DNA of 64,000 bases from Syntrophales bacterium (GCA_963662405.2 CAXXKT010000002.1:256001-320000); one strand, 5' to 3'. Counted from the stretch's first letter, positions 49,635-61,821 are shown. The notes: generated from the sequence alone by a model not told the origin. Program-made: numbers and translations.

Positions 49635-50288
49635 TTATCTTTCCATAGCTTTTCTGACAAGGAACTCTGAATTGCCGAACATCTCTTCAATTTCACTCTC
49701 GTCCATCCCGGCCCCTTGTGCGACCGCAATCGCCATGTTCCGGTCTATCAAATCGTGAGGGGCATGAGCATCGGTATCAAGAACCAGTTTCGCGCCCCAT
49801 CTGCGGGCGAGGGAGACGACACGACCATTGGTCAGGCTGTGTCCCTGACGGGCGGATACCTCCAGGAAAATCGATCTCGCGGCAGCCAGCGCCGCATCTT
49901 CCTCTGTGAGCAGCCCCGGGTGGGCGAGGATATCGACCGGAGCCTCCAGGGCAGCCCGATTCGTCCCCGGAACCACCGGTTCTACGATGGTTTCCCCGTG
50001 AACAACGATGATTCGCGCCCCCAGTGCCCGCGCCTCACCTGCAAGAGATGCAATCTGGTCTGGATGCACATGGGTCAGCTCGATACCCGGGATGACCTGC
50101 AGCGGGGATACCTCTGATATCTTCTCGCAAACCGCTACCATACGGGGAATGATAAAATCCAGATTTGAGTGATCTGCGTGATCCGTGATCGCGATCGCCC
50201 GGTATCCCTTCGCGGCTGCCCTTCGAGCAAGCTCCGAAGGGATCAGCTCGCCATCGCTGAAAATGGAATGGGTGTGAAGATCGATCAT
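49635..50288 (-). CDS. PHP-domain phosphatase
   Basis: DLHTHS..SDG, ITDH, LAHP, DTDAH. Confidence 0.88.
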   Translation of the reverse strand: MIDLHTHSIFSDGELIPSELARRAAAKGYRAIAITDHADHSNLDFIIPRMVAVCEKISEVSPLQVIPGIELTHVHPDQIASLAGEARALGARIIVVHGETIVEPVVPGTNRAALEAPVDILAHPGLLTEEDAALAAARSIFLEVSARQGHSLTNGRVVSLARRWGAKLVLDTDAHAPHDLIDRNMAIAVAQGAGMDESEIEEMFGNSEFLVRKAMER

Positions 50289-50458
50289 AGCAATCCCTTC
50301 AAGTGAGATATATGGTAAGGCGCCACAATATCGTATCGCCAAGGACCTTTCTCCGTTTAGCAGATTTAAAAATCGAGGTCAATCCAAGAAACATTGAAGC
50401 AAAAATGATTTGCTGTTATACAATTCCGAATATAGTGGCAGGTATGGAACGAAAATCG

Positions 50459-51613
50459 ATGAGCCGGATAATTAACCGATACATCTTGCGAGAGATCCTT
50501 ACGCCCTTTTTCATGATCCTCTTTATATTGACTTTCGTTCTGTTGATGGGGCGAATCCTGCAATTGATGGATCTCATGATAAACAAGGGAATCAGTGCGA
50601 CTGATATTACAAAACTGATCCTGTATCTGATGCCTTTTTTCCTCACGCTCACGGTACCCATGTCGCTCCTTATCTCCCTACTGATCGCACTGGGGCGACT
50701 GTCGCGTGACAATGAGATTATTGTGCTCAAATCATCGGGGTTGAGCCTTTACCAATTGATGCCTGCCGTGGCCGGTGTAGCGCTGTGTGCCTTTGTGATA
50801 ACCTTGCTGACCAGCTTTTTTCTCGTTCCCTACAGCAACTTTGCAACGAAGAATCTCCTCTTTGATATGGCACGTCAGAAGGCAAGTGTCGGCATCAAGG
50901 AACGGATCTTCAACGATGACTTCTCCGGCCTGGTGCTCTATGCAGAGGAATTGCCTCCCCAGGAAGATTTCATGCGCGGTGTCTTCATATCCGATAATCG
51001 CACGCTGAAGGAACCGGCCACCATCATCGCAGAGCGGGGATACCTCGTCTCCGATCCCGAGTCCATGCGGGTAACGTTGAGGTTGCAGGACGGGAGTATC
51101 CACACGGTAGACACACGATCGGCAACGTATAAAAAAATTGACTTCAGCTCCTATGACATCAATCTCGACCTCTCGGTATCTATCGGCGGGAAAGGAAGCC
51201 CAAGGAAGGGAAGCAGGGAGATGTCATTCACCGAACTGATCACAATGGCCCGAACCCCCGGCCTGAAAGAACGGAGGATAAAAGAGGCCATTATTGAAAT
51301 CCACAAGAAGTTTACCCTCCCCTTTGCCTGTATCGTCTTCGGCATTATCGGGGTGCCTTTGGGAATCTCAAAACACCGGAGCGGAAAATCATGGGGTTTT
51401 GTAATCGGCGTGCTCGTAATCATCATCTATTACGTCCTTCAGACCGGTGGCGAGGCACTGGGTGAAACCGGGATACTGCACCCGGCGATAGGCACGTGGA
51501 TATCAAACATATTGCTGGGGATCATGGGGGCATATTTGTTCATAACCACGGCACAGGAAAAACCCCTTATTCCGAAATTCGTGCGGAACATCGGTGCGAG
51601 GAAACGCGCATGA
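50459..51613 (+). CDS. lptF: LPS export permease LptF
   Basis: INRYILRE, GRLSRDNEI..LKSSG; tandem with paralog. Confidence 0.88.
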   Translation: MSRIINRYILREILTPFFMILFILTFVLLMGRILQLMDLMINKGISATDITKLILYLMPFFLTLTVPMSLLISLLIALGRLSRDNEIIVLKSSGLSLYQLMPAVAGVALCAFVITLLTSFFLVPYSNFATKNLLFDMARQKASVGIKERIFNDDFSGLVLYAEELPPQEDFMRGVFISDNRTLKEPATIIAERGYLVSDPESMRVTLRLQDGSIHTVDTRSATYKKIDFSSYDINLDLSVSIGGKGSPRKGSREMSFTELITMARTPGLKERRIKEAIIEIHKKFTLPFACIVFGIIGVPLGISKHRSGKSWGFVIGVLVIIIYYVLQTGGEALGETGILHPAIGTWISNILLGIMGAYLFITTAQEKPLIPKFVRNIGARKRA

Positions 51614-52701
51614 CGATCCTCGACAGATACGTTCTCAAGGAATTCACAAAGATGTTTTTTTTGATCCTCGCATCCCTGCTGGCACTGTATCTGATCGTGG
51701 ATTTCTTCGAGCGGATACGGATGTTCCTGAGCAAAGGCGCCTCAATGCGCCAGATGGCATCTTACTTCGTACTGACCGTTCCGATGATCCTGTCACAGAT
51801 GATACCGGTCGCCGTCCTCCTGGGTTCTCTTCTTTCCTTCGGAATCCTTTCCAAGCACAGCGAGATAACGGCCATGAAAGCGAACGGGCTGAGTCTTTAC
51901 CGACTATCCCTGCCCGTTATTGCCGCTTCTTTCGCTATCTGTATCGTGGCCTTCCTGCTGAGCGAATTTATCACCCCCTCCACAAATCAAAAGGCCAAAT
52001 ATGTCAAACTAATCGAAATCCAGAAGAAAGAAAAACTGGGGAGCTTCAAGCAGAACGAAATCTGGTACCGGGGAGAACAGGGGATTTACAATTTTTCCGT
52101 ATTCGATCCCCATACGAGCACACTCAAGGGAATCCGGATTCACTTCTTTGGAGACAACAGCCCCGGCTCCATGAGTTTGTCGCAGAGAATCGATGCGAAA
52201 GAAGCCGTCTGGATAGAGGGCAAATGGAAATTCAGGGATCTTATCATCACGACCTTCAAACGGGACGGGGTTCCCTCAATCGAGCGGGTGGCATCGCGGG
52301 TAATCCCCCTTTCGGAAGAACCGTCCGATTTTATGGTGGTCCAGAAGGACACCGAAGAAATGGGCCTCGTGGAACTGAGCAGGTTTGAAAAGAAAATGCG
52401 TTCTGAAGGGTATGATACCATCCGCTATCAGACGGATATGAACGGGAAGATCGCTTTCCCGCTGGTCAGTGTCATCCTTGCGATACTGGGCATCTCTTTT
52501 TCACTCAAATCAGAGCGGAACGGAGGAGTTCCACAGAGCATCGGACTGGGGATCGTCATCGGCTTTTCGTACTGGATCGTCTTCGCCTTTGCCGTATCCC
52601 TGGGGCGCGCCGGAACGCTGCCCCCCGTAATCGCGGGATGGGCTGCAAACCTCATCGTCGGCATTGCAGCCACAATCATGTTCATCCGCGTAAAGACGTA
52701 A
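51610..52701 (+). CDS. lptG: LPS export permease LptG
   Basis: ILDRYVLKEF, SEITAMKANG, LPPVIAGW. Confidence 0.88.
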   Translation: MTILDRYVLKEFTKMFFLILASLLALYLIVDFFERIRMFLSKGASMRQMASYFVLTVPMILSQMIPVAVLLGSLLSFGILSKHSEITAMKANGLSLYRLSLPVIAASFAICIVAFLLSEFITPSTNQKAKYVKLIEIQKKEKLGSFKQNEIWYRGEQGIYNFSVFDPHTSTLKGIRIHFFGDNSPGSMSLSQRIDAKEAVWIEGKWKFRDLIITTFKRDGVPSIERVASRVIPLSEEPSDFMVVQKDTEEMGLVELSRFEKKMRSEGYDTIRYQTDMNGKIAFPLVSVILAILGISFSLKSERNGGVPQSIGLGIVIGFSYWIVFAFAVSLGRAGTLPPVIAGWAANLIVGIAATIMFIRVKT

Positions 52702-52706
52702 CGGTA

Positions 52707-53981
<1,275 letters not shown>

Positions 53982-54072
53982 TCACCCGTATCTGAACGTG
54001 CATGGCACAACCTCCATACAGACGAAGGAATCCTTTGTATTGATTTCGGTACCCGCTCTCCGGGTTTATGGC

Positions 54073-55251
54073 TTATGCTTTATTCTCCGCTTCTTTTTTC
54101 AGTTTATCAGTCATATTCGTCTTCTCCCATGGATAATCATCCATGAACAGGGTCCTCGATATCTTTCGATAAATATCACCGTTGAGCAGGTCAAATTGCT
54201 CGATCATCGTCTTGGGGGTCAGATCAAAAATCTTCTCGACGATGGCCGACAACTGCTCATCCGGCATTTTCCCCGTATTGAATGAGTTGACATAGACGGA
54301 CATCGGTCTCGCGAGACCGATGGCGTATGCCAACTGTACCGAGCAATGAGTGGCCAGACCGGCGGCAACAATATTTTTGGCCGCATAACGCGCTCCAAAA
54401 ACGGCAGAGCAATCAACCTTTTCAGGCGATTTATTCACCACAGCTCCTCCGCCAAGCTGGGCGCCCGGGTATCCACCATAGAGTTGACAGACCAGCTTGC
54501 GCCCCGTCACGCCGGAGTCGGCCGCGCTACAGGAATGAACCGCCTGCCACTCGCCGGTGGGGTTGAAGAGAAACTCGGTCTTGTCATTCACCCACTCTCC
54601 CAGACACTCAAAGGCAATCTTTTTTGCCGTTTCCTCGATCTCCTCGTTCTCCGCTACATGACGATAATCGATGGCATTCGACATGAGGACCTTTGTAACA
54701 TGTGTCGGCCTGCCGCTTTGATCGTAGTTAATCGTCACCTGTCCCTTGCCGTCAGGGGCGAATATGGGATTCCCGCAGTCCTCGAAGGCCCGCATCATAC
54801 GGTTCACCAGGACATAGGTAAGGGGAAGAAGTTCGGGCGTTTCGTCGCAGGCATATCCATACATGATCCCCTGATCACCGGCACCGATCTCCTTGTGTTT
54901 GCCTAGATCCGCGCGCGTCCCGATATTGATGTTGGGTGATTGGGGGATAATTGCGTTGAAAACACCCATCGAATGGCCGTTGAGCCCCACTGCCGCGTCA
55001 TTGTATCCCAGGGACAATACCGTCTGGCGCAGGCTCTTTTCGATATCGACGTATATACGTGTCGCGACCTCTCCGCCGACAATGCAGAAGCCCTTACCGA
55101 GAAAGACCTCCAAACCACAGTGAGGCATCGTATTGATGTCCATTCCTGCTTTTTTCTCTTCGTCCAGTATCCGTGCTATAATATCCGCGGCAATGGTATC
55201 AGCCACGATGTCAGGATGTCCCACCTTGACCCCTTCAGCTGTTATCTGCAT
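54073..55251 (-). CDS. metK: S-adenosylmethionine synthetase (divergent)
   Basis: GHPD, GAGDQG, PDGKGQVT, TGRK, KVD; adjacent to ahcY. Confidence 0.88.
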   Translation of the reverse strand: MQITAEGVKVGHPDIVADTIAADIIARILDEEKKAGMDINTMPHCGLEVFLGKGFCIVGGEVATRIYVDIEKSLRQTVLSLGYNDAAVGLNGHSMGVFNAIIPQSPNINIGTRADLGKHKEIGAGDQGIMYGYACDETPELLPLTYVLVNRMMRAFEDCGNPIFAPDGKGQVTINYDQSGRPTHVTKVLMSNAIDYRHVAENEEIEETAKKIAFECLGEWVNDKTEFLFNPTGEWQAVHSCSAADSGVTGRKLVCQLYGGYPGAQLGGGAVVNKSPEKVDCSAVFGARYAAKNIVAAGLATHCSVQLAYAIGLARPMSVYVNSFNTGKMPDEQLSAIVEKIFDLTPKTMIEQFDLLNGDIYRKISRTLFMDDYPWEKTNMTDKLKKEAENKA

Positions 55252-55894
55252 ACATTTCTCCCTTCTCAGATATTCGTTGGACATCTCCCGGCGAGACGAT
55301 GCCTCCCGATATAATGAGGGTGAAGGCCTCTTCAACCGTCATATCAAGGGGTATCATGTCCCCTTCCGGTACCATTATGTAAAATCCCGACGTCGGGTTG
55401 GGGGTCGTGGGTACAAAAACATTCACACACCGTTGTGCCGTTTTTACCTGGACTTCTCCCCGGCTCACGCCGGTAACAAATGCAATCGAATATAACCCTT
55501 TCCGTGGATATTCGATGAGAACCGCCCGCTTGAAGCTCTCTCCCTTGTCACTGAGCACGGCATCGACGAGCTGCTTGAGTGCGTTATAGATGCCACTCAC
55601 CAAAGGAATCTTGCTGACCATCCTTTCGCCGAGTGAAACGAGCTTCGTCCCCAAATAACTCCTCGTCACCAGCCCCACGGTAAAGACAAGGATCAGGGTA
55701 ATGATAATACCGAGGCCCGGCAGATGGAAGGGGAGAAAATGATCGGGATGGAACCGCGCAGGAATAAACCGTACCAGTTTATTCATCATCCCGATGATAA
55801 GGTAGAGGATATAAAGCGTCACTCCCACAGGGATGATAGCGGCTATCCCCGTCAGAAGAACACCTTTAATGCTCTTTCGCATCTTCTTTATCAT
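55235..55894 (-). CDS. DUF502 membrane protein
   Basis: IPLVSGIY, IEYPRKG, VFVPTTPNPTSGF. Confidence 0.9.
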   Translation of the reverse strand: MIKKMRKSIKGVLLTGIAAIIPVGVTLYILYLIIGMMNKLVRFIPARFHPDHFLPFHLPGLGIIITLILVFTVGLVTRSYLGTKLVSLGERMVSKIPLVSGIYNALKQLVDAVLSDKGESFKRAVLIEYPRKGLYSIAFVTGVSRGEVQVKTAQRCVNVFVPTTPNPTSGFYIMVPEGDMIPLDMTVEEAFTLIISGGIVSPGDVQRISEKGEMYADNS

Positions 55895-56057
55895 TCCACC
55901 CAACAGCTACGCCTCGGAAGTAGATGGGTTTATATCAGAAAGCCCCCCCGACTGCAATAACGAAGGCGGGGCACTCGGCCCCGCCCATCTCGAAAAGGTA
56001 TCCCTTCGTGAATCCCCCGCCCCCAGGGCAGAGATCCTGCGGATATTACATAACCAT

Positions 56058-56423
56058 TTATATTAGTGGGGGTTTTTTCTTGATCTTGTTTTGATCTCCC
56101 AGCAATACACACTTCGGCTTCCACCCCGGTACCGCGCCCTCATCAACCTGCACGTAGCTTGCAATGATAATGAGATCGTCTCTCGATGCCTTCCGTGCCG
56201 CGGCCCCGTTGAGACATATGACACCAGAACCCCGGGAACCCTTGAGTACGTAGGTGGAAAATCGCTCACCGTTCGACACATTGTATATGTCAACCTGTTC
56301 ATATGCAACGAGATCGGCCGCATCCATGAGGTCTTGATCAATGGTTATACTTCCCTCATAGTGAAGATCAGCATCGGTGACAGTGGCCCTGTGAAGCTTC
56401 GATTTCAACATTGTTCTTTGCAT
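56058..56423 (-). CDS. panD: aspartate 1-decarboxylase
   Basis: [34 protein letters not shown]. Confidence 0.97.
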   Translation of the reverse strand: MQRTMLKSKLHRATVTDADLHYEGSITIDQDLMDAADLVAYEQVDIYNVSNGERFSTYVLKGSRGSGVICLNGAAARKASRDDLIIIASYVQVDEGAVPGWKPKCVLLGDQNKIKKKPPLI

Positions 56424-56435
56424 CGTTTCACCTGC

Positions 56436-57290
56436 CTAAATAGTTTCTCCAAACAGATAATTATCTATAAGCCGTGGCGTACCTATCCAGACGGCCAAGG
56501 CCAGCACAGATCGTTTTTCTTCGACGAATTCTACATCCGCCATGGTATCAACATCACATATCTTGACATAATCTATTGTGGCTCCCGGATGTCTTTTAAT
56601 AAAGCCCTCTACTTCGTGTATGATCGTTCCGGCATTTCGTTCCCCGCGATGATACAGGTCCGAGGCGAGCTTGAGTGAGCGGTTCAGACTCAACGCAGAT
56701 TCCCTTTCACCATCCTTCAAGTACGCATTCCGGGAGCTCATGGCAAGACCATCCACCTCTCTGACCGTCGGAATCCCTATCACCTCAAGATCCATATTGA
56801 GGTCTGTTACCATCCGCCGTATCACGACCAGCTGTTGAAAATCCTTTCTTCCAAAAATGGCGACATGAGGTTTTATAACATTGAACAGCTTTGCGCAGAT
56901 GGTCGCCACCCCCCTGAAATGCATTGGGCGTGACAAGCCACAAAGATTACTGGTGATATCTTCAACCGAGACATAGGTGTGATACGGCGCGGGATACATT
57001 TCTTCATTTGAAGGATAGAATATGACGTCCACACCCACATTACGGGCAAGTTGTTCGTCACGTACGAAGTCCCGGGGATATTTGTCAAGATCCTCGTTCG
57101 GGCTGAATTGGGTGGGATTGACATATATGCTGATGACCAGGCAATCTCCGAGCTTCCTGCCTTCTTCCATCAGCTTCAGATGCCCGTCATGGAGGTAACC
57201 CATGGTGGGAACAAAAGAGATCCGTTTACCTTGGAGCCTGAGGGCCTCAGAAAAGCCCTGCATCTCGCGCACTGTCGTAATTGTTTTCAT
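56436..57290 (-). CDS. panC: pantoate-beta-alanine ligase
   Basis: VPTMGYLHDGH, NPTQF, FGRKDFQQ, GLAMSSRN, RLIDN. Confidence 0.97.
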   Translation of the reverse strand: MKTITTVREMQGFSEALRLQGKRISFVPTMGYLHDGHLKLMEEGRKLGDCLVISIYVNPTQFSPNEDLDKYPRDFVRDEQLARNVGVDVIFYPSNEEMYPAPYHTYVSVEDITSNLCGLSRPMHFRGVATICAKLFNVIKPHVAIFGRKDFQQLVVIRRMVTDLNMDLEVIGIPTVREVDGLAMSSRNAYLKDGERESALSLNRSLKLASDLYHRGERNAGTIIHEVEGFIKRHPGATIDYVKICDVDTMADVEFVEEKRSVLALAVWIGTPRLIDNYLFGETI

Positions 57291-57310
57291 ACGTCCAGCA
57301 CTTCCCCCAC

Positions 57311-57411
57311 AAAAAAAGCCTCTCCGCTTTGAAACGGGAGGCCTGGCATGGGTCGTTCTTTACCGCCTTGCTCTCTGCCGTCCCAGTCCATAACCATGGA
57401 TCCAAGCGGAC
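57311..57411 (-). promoter_or_regulatory. pan-motif-like RNA leader with attenuating terminator
   Basis: Hairpin GCTTGGATCCAT-GGTT-ATGGACTGGGACGG with bulged As, then GC stem and T7 just before panC. Confidence 0.65.
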
Positions 57412-57701
57412 AAAAGCCTCCTACCAGACCCCTGTCACCCTGTCAAGCACTTTGTGAATAAAAATGAAAACGGTCATTGCCGGGGAGTTATCCGTATTCA
57501 GGCAAGCACGGTCTTCCGTGCTGTGAAACCGGACTCTCCCATATGGTATTTCCGATCACGGATATGATATTTTCCTCATAATCATCCGAGACCGTATTGA
57601 CAAAACGATATAAAGGATTATTATAAAAGATTATCTGAGATTGAGGATCGCGTCATCTACTCGACTCTCTGAAAGAAAATGACAGCTGAGAGGAGAAACA
57701 C

Positions 57702-57977
57702 ATGTCAGCATTATATATATGCAAGAATACCGGAGAGTTCATAACAGAGCCCTGTCAGGATACGGTCTGTGAGTGGTGGTTAAAAAACGAGACTTTCTGT
57801 AACTGCACGTGGGTCGCCTGCAACTATGGCCCCTTCACCCTCGAGGAAGTCGGCGAGATGATGGGTGTCACCCGGGAACGGATACGGCAGATAGAGGCAA
57901 AAGCCCTCAAAAAGCTACAACACAAGAAGAGAAAAGATCAATTGATCGATTTCGCTGCAATGAAGGGCTTCGACTAG
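57702..57977 (+). CDS. small Cys-rich protein with sigma70 region 4 domain
   Basis: Six Cys in the first 40 aa, then [35 protein letters not shown]. Confidence 0.88.
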   Translation: MSALYICKNTGEFITEPCQDTVCEWWLKNETFCNCTWVACNYGPFTLEEVGEMMGVTRERIRQIEAKALKKLQHKKRKDQLIDFAAMKGFD

Positions 57978-57981
57978 GGTT

Positions 57982-58749
57982 CTACCCCCTTTTTTTCGAT
58001 TTGAGATTATCAAGAAATTGTTTCATATGATTTCTAATCTCCGCTTGTGAAAAGAGGAGTGAGGAAATCTCGAATTCATATTGCAAAGCAGAATCCTTAT
58101 CCAAGCGAGGGACTATATTCGATATTCTCTTTACCGCCTCCACGGCTCGGGCAGGTCGCCGGGAAATCTCGTTTGCGATGGTCCGCGCATCCGCCATGAA
58201 GGCGTCCGGGGGGGATATTTTATTCACCAGACCAATTCGGAGTCCTTCTTGCGCTCCGATCGGCTCACCCAGCATAGTGATCTCTTTTGCCTTAGCGATT
58301 CCGACCATCTGCATGAGGGGGTAAAACAGGGGGTTGAGGCCAAACTTCAGTTCAGGATGGCCGAATATCGCCGTTTCCGAAGCAACGACAATGTCACATA
58401 CCGTGACCAGATTAAATCCACCACCGAGGGCTATTCCGCTGACGGCCGCAATGACGGGTTTTCTGAACCCGTAGATCCGTTGCAGACTCTCGATCATCAC
58501 TTTCGAATAGTTTTCGAACCTACTATTTTCCAAGGTTGCCAGCTCTTCCAGATCAATCCCGGCGGAAAAGATGGTGTCACCTCCGGTGAGTATCACAGCC
58601 CTGACGGAGTCGTCTTGTTCCAGTTGACCGAAAGAGTGCAGCAGTTCGCGCCTCATCTCTATGGAGAGCGCATTCATCTCATCCGGTCGGTTCAAAGCCA
58701 AGATGGCGTACCCATCTTCTTTTGTGAGAGATATCGTCTTGTATTTCAT
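57982..58749 (-). CDS. enoyl-CoA hydratase/isomerase family protein
   Basis: LNRPDEMNAL, FSAGIDL, ALGGG, HPELKFG. Confidence 0.9.
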   Translation of the reverse strand: MKYKTISLTKEDGYAILALNRPDEMNALSIEMRRELLHSFGQLEQDDSVRAVILTGGDTIFSAGIDLEELATLENSRFENYSKVMIESLQRIYGFRKPVIAAVSGIALGGGFNLVTVCDIVVASETAIFGHPELKFGLNPLFYPLMQMVGIAKAKEITMLGEPIGAQEGLRIGLVNKISPPDAFMADARTIANEISRRPARAVEAVKRISNIVPRLDKDSALQYEFEISSLLFSQAEIRNHMKQFLDNLKSKKRG

Positions 58750-58786
58750 GCGTACTCTGCTTACAATTCAAAATGGTAGATAGATT

Positions 58787-59680
58787 TCACATCCCATACC
58801 CCTGCCTATACCGGTAGCTGATTCCGGAATCGATCCCTCTGATTTCCTCCGAAAGAAAAGTGATCGTCTCACTGAGGATATAGCGAAGCAGGCTTTTTCG
58901 CTTCTTTTCGGGGTAGACAACCGCAGGTTCTCCTTGAATGCCCGCAAGCCCGGCTGCCGCAACGATCGCAACATCCAAATTGCCCAGTGCGTCAACGAGC
59001 CCCGCATCGAGTGCCTGCCTGCCGGTGAATATCCGCGCATCGGCAATACGCTCAATCTCTTCTCTGGCAATATCTCTGTTTAAGACGACCGTCTCAATGA
59101 ACTGATTGTGGATATCATCCACTACGCCTTGGATGAGTGCTTTATCGGCAGGTGTCATTTGACGGACCGGAGACCCGACATCTTTATATCTTCCGGCTTT
59201 GATGACGGTAGCCTTCAGACCGATCTTATCCAGCAGTTCTTCTATCTGAGAGAATTGCACGATAACCCCGATACTCCCGGTTATCGTGCCCGCATTGGCA
59301 ATGATTCGATCAGCGGCACAGGCGATGTAATAGCCCCCCGATGCCGCAACCGAACCCATCGAAACAACAACCTTTTTACATTCCTTAACGGTCAGGACTT
59401 TGTCATATATCTCTTGCGAAGGGACAACCGCGCCGCCGGGGGAATCGATACGCAGGACAACCGCCTTGATATCATCATCCTTTTGGAATGTATCCAGTTG
59501 CCGGATCGTCTCTTCCGCATCGCTCAGAACGCCCTCTATCCTCACGACGCCGATCTTGTCCTCGAAAGAGAAACCTTTGACCTCACCGCCGAAGGGCACA
59601 AACAGACGAAGCAGCACGAAAACGAACAAACCGATAACCGCCAGGAGAAAAAACCCGAAGATGACTGGATGTCTGTTCAT
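58787..59680 (-). CDS. sppA: signal peptide peptidase SppA (short type)
   Basis: RIDSPGG, AASGGYYIA, TGSIGV. Confidence 0.95.
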   Translation of the reverse strand: MNRHPVIFGFFLLAVIGLFVFVLLRLFVPFGGEVKGFSFEDKIGVVRIEGVLSDAEETIRQLDTFQKDDDIKAVVLRIDSPGGAVVPSQEIYDKVLTVKECKKVVVSMGSVAASGGYYIACAADRIIANAGTITGSIGVIVQFSQIEELLDKIGLKATVIKAGRYKDVGSPVRQMTPADKALIQGVVDDIHNQFIETVVLNRDIAREEIERIADARIFTGRQALDAGLVDALGNLDVAIVAAAGLAGIQGEPAVVYPEKKRKSLLRYILSETITFLSEEIRGIDSGISYRYRQGYGM

Positions 59681-59731
59681 GAGCCCTCTAGCACATCTAG
59701 CATAGGGAACCGTTCTCCACGGCAATGCTTA

Positions 59732-61465
59732 TCAGAGCTTTATCCCCGCCAGCATATCACCGAGGTTGGAGACAACCTTCTCCCTGTTGTTCAGGTACTG
59801 CTTCTGTGACGTCTTGTCGGAGGATCTCTCCGAATCCTTGATACTCAGCCCAATCTTATGATTGGCTACATCAACGTTTTTAACCGACGCCGAAACGACA
59901 TCACCGACGGAGTATAGGTCTCTGGCGGAATTCACCCTCTCATGACTGATCTCAGAGATATGAACCAAGCCTTCCACCCCTTCCTCAACCTCCACGAATA
60001 TACCGAAATCGGTGATATTCGTTACCTTTCCGGTAATAATAGAGCCGGGGGCATACCGAGATGCCAGCGCCTCCCATGGATTTTCCTCAAGCTGTTTGAT
60101 CCCCAGGGAAAACTTCTCCGCTTCGATATCAATCCCCAAAACCATGGCCTCGATCTCCTGACCTTTCTTATAGAGATCCGATGGGTGTTTGATTCGTTTT
60201 TTCCAAGAGATATCAGACACGTGCAAGAGACCATCAATATCATCCTCGATCCCCACAAAGATACCGAAATCCGTGATGTTTCGTATCTCGCCTTTGATGA
60301 CGGTCCCCTCGGGATACTTCTCGCTCAGCTCCACCCACGGATTGGGCATGGTCTGTTTGAGGCCGAGAGATATCCTCCTGTTTCCAGGGTTCACATCAAG
60401 TACCATCACCTTCACCGTGTCACCCACAGAGAGAATCTTGGAGGGATGTCGTACCTTCTTGGTCCAAAACATCTCCGAGACATGCACGAGCCCTTCTACT
60501 CCCGGTTCAAGTTCGACGAATGCCCCATAGTCCATGAGACTCACAACGGCACCTTCAACAATTGATTCAACGGGATACTTCTCAGTAATGGTGTCCCACG
60601 GGTTTTCCGTCAGTTGTTTAATGCCCAGCGACACCCGCTCCTTTTCCCTGTCAAAGCTGAGGACCTTCACGGCAATTGTGTCGTCTCTGGAAAAAATCTC
60701 GGAAGGATGTCGTATTCTTCCCCAGGACATATCGGTGATATGCAGCAATCCGTCGATACCTCCGAGATCGATAAACAGGCCATAATCCGTTATGTTCTTT
60801 ACCGTACCCTCGACCACCATCCCCTCTTCCAAGATCTCGAGGGTCTTTTTCTTCTGCTCTTCCCGTTCCACTTCCAGGATAGCCTTTCGGGACAAAACAA
60901 CGTTGTTCCGTTTTCTATCGTATTTCAAGATCTGGAAATCCGTGGTCTGCCCGACATACCGGTCAAGATCCTTAACGGGGTGTGTGCTGACCTGAGAACC
61001 GGGGAGAAAAGCGGGGAATCCGATGTCAACGGAAAGCCCACCCTTTACCTTCTGGACAATCGTCCCCGGGATGGAGCCCTTCTCCTCGTATGCCCGAATG
61101 ACATCGTCCCATATTTTAAGCCGGGAAGCCTTCTCTTTCGATAGTATCAACTCGGCGTCTTTCTTTCGGTCAACGAGGACTTCGACCTCATCGCCAACAG
61201 AAATCGTGAGATTCCCCTCACTGTCCGTGACCTCGTTAAGGTAAAGGCGTCCTTCCGTCTTGTACCCAACGTCAACCATGGCCGCATCATCATTGATTTG
61301 GACAATCTTTCCCATGACGACTTTGCCGATCGCGACATCCTGTAAGCTCTGCTCATAGAGCTCAACAAAGCTCATCCCGTCCTCTTCTTTCTGTGTATCC
61401 ACCTCCTTCAGGTTCTCTACTTCTTTCTTTTCTGGTTCGGTTGTTAAGTTACCTTCGTTACCCAT
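59732..61465 (-). CDS. rpsA: 30S ribosomal protein S1
   Basis: Six S1 repeats (DYGLFIDLGGIDGLLHITDMSW and similar). Confidence 0.97.
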   Translation of the reverse strand: MGNEGNLTTEPEKKEVENLKEVDTQKEEDGMSFVELYEQSLQDVAIGKVVMGKIVQINDDAAMVDVGYKTEGRLYLNEVTDSEGNLTISVGDEVEVLVDRKKDAELILSKEKASRLKIWDDVIRAYEEKGSIPGTIVQKVKGGLSVDIGFPAFLPGSQVSTHPVKDLDRYVGQTTDFQILKYDRKRNNVVLSRKAILEVEREEQKKKTLEILEEGMVVEGTVKNITDYGLFIDLGGIDGLLHITDMSWGRIRHPSEIFSRDDTIAVKVLSFDREKERVSLGIKQLTENPWDTITEKYPVESIVEGAVVSLMDYGAFVELEPGVEGLVHVSEMFWTKKVRHPSKILSVGDTVKVMVLDVNPGNRRISLGLKQTMPNPWVELSEKYPEGTVIKGEIRNITDFGIFVGIEDDIDGLLHVSDISWKKRIKHPSDLYKKGQEIEAMVLGIDIEAEKFSLGIKQLEENPWEALASRYAPGSIITGKVTNITDFGIFVEVEEGVEGLVHISEISHERVNSARDLYSVGDVVSASVKNVDVANHKIGLSIKDSERSSDKTSQKQYLNNREKVVSNLGDMLAGIKL

Positions 61466-61821
61466 TGATTAAATACCCCCTGGCGTTATTCTGGTACCAC
61501 AATAATCTTAGCTCTCTAACATACCGAAAATAAAATAGCAAGCCCAAGAATCGACAGAGCAAACCTGTCTCCCTCTCGAGAAGAGGCTCACATGATGAAT
61601 AATTTCAGATGCATTCATTCGATTGCCGTAATGCTGCGAAGCGAAGCTCGCGTACCTCGTGACAAAACAGTATCGAAACACCGTGGTTCTATCACACATA
61701 CAACCGCTCGTTGACTTATGGTGAAGATTCCCCTATCATGACTTGGTCTATAATTACCGAGGGTTGTCACTCTGCCAGTCTTCGTGATATCAAGCAGTTG
61801 GGAAAGGTGTTGCCGTTTCTT

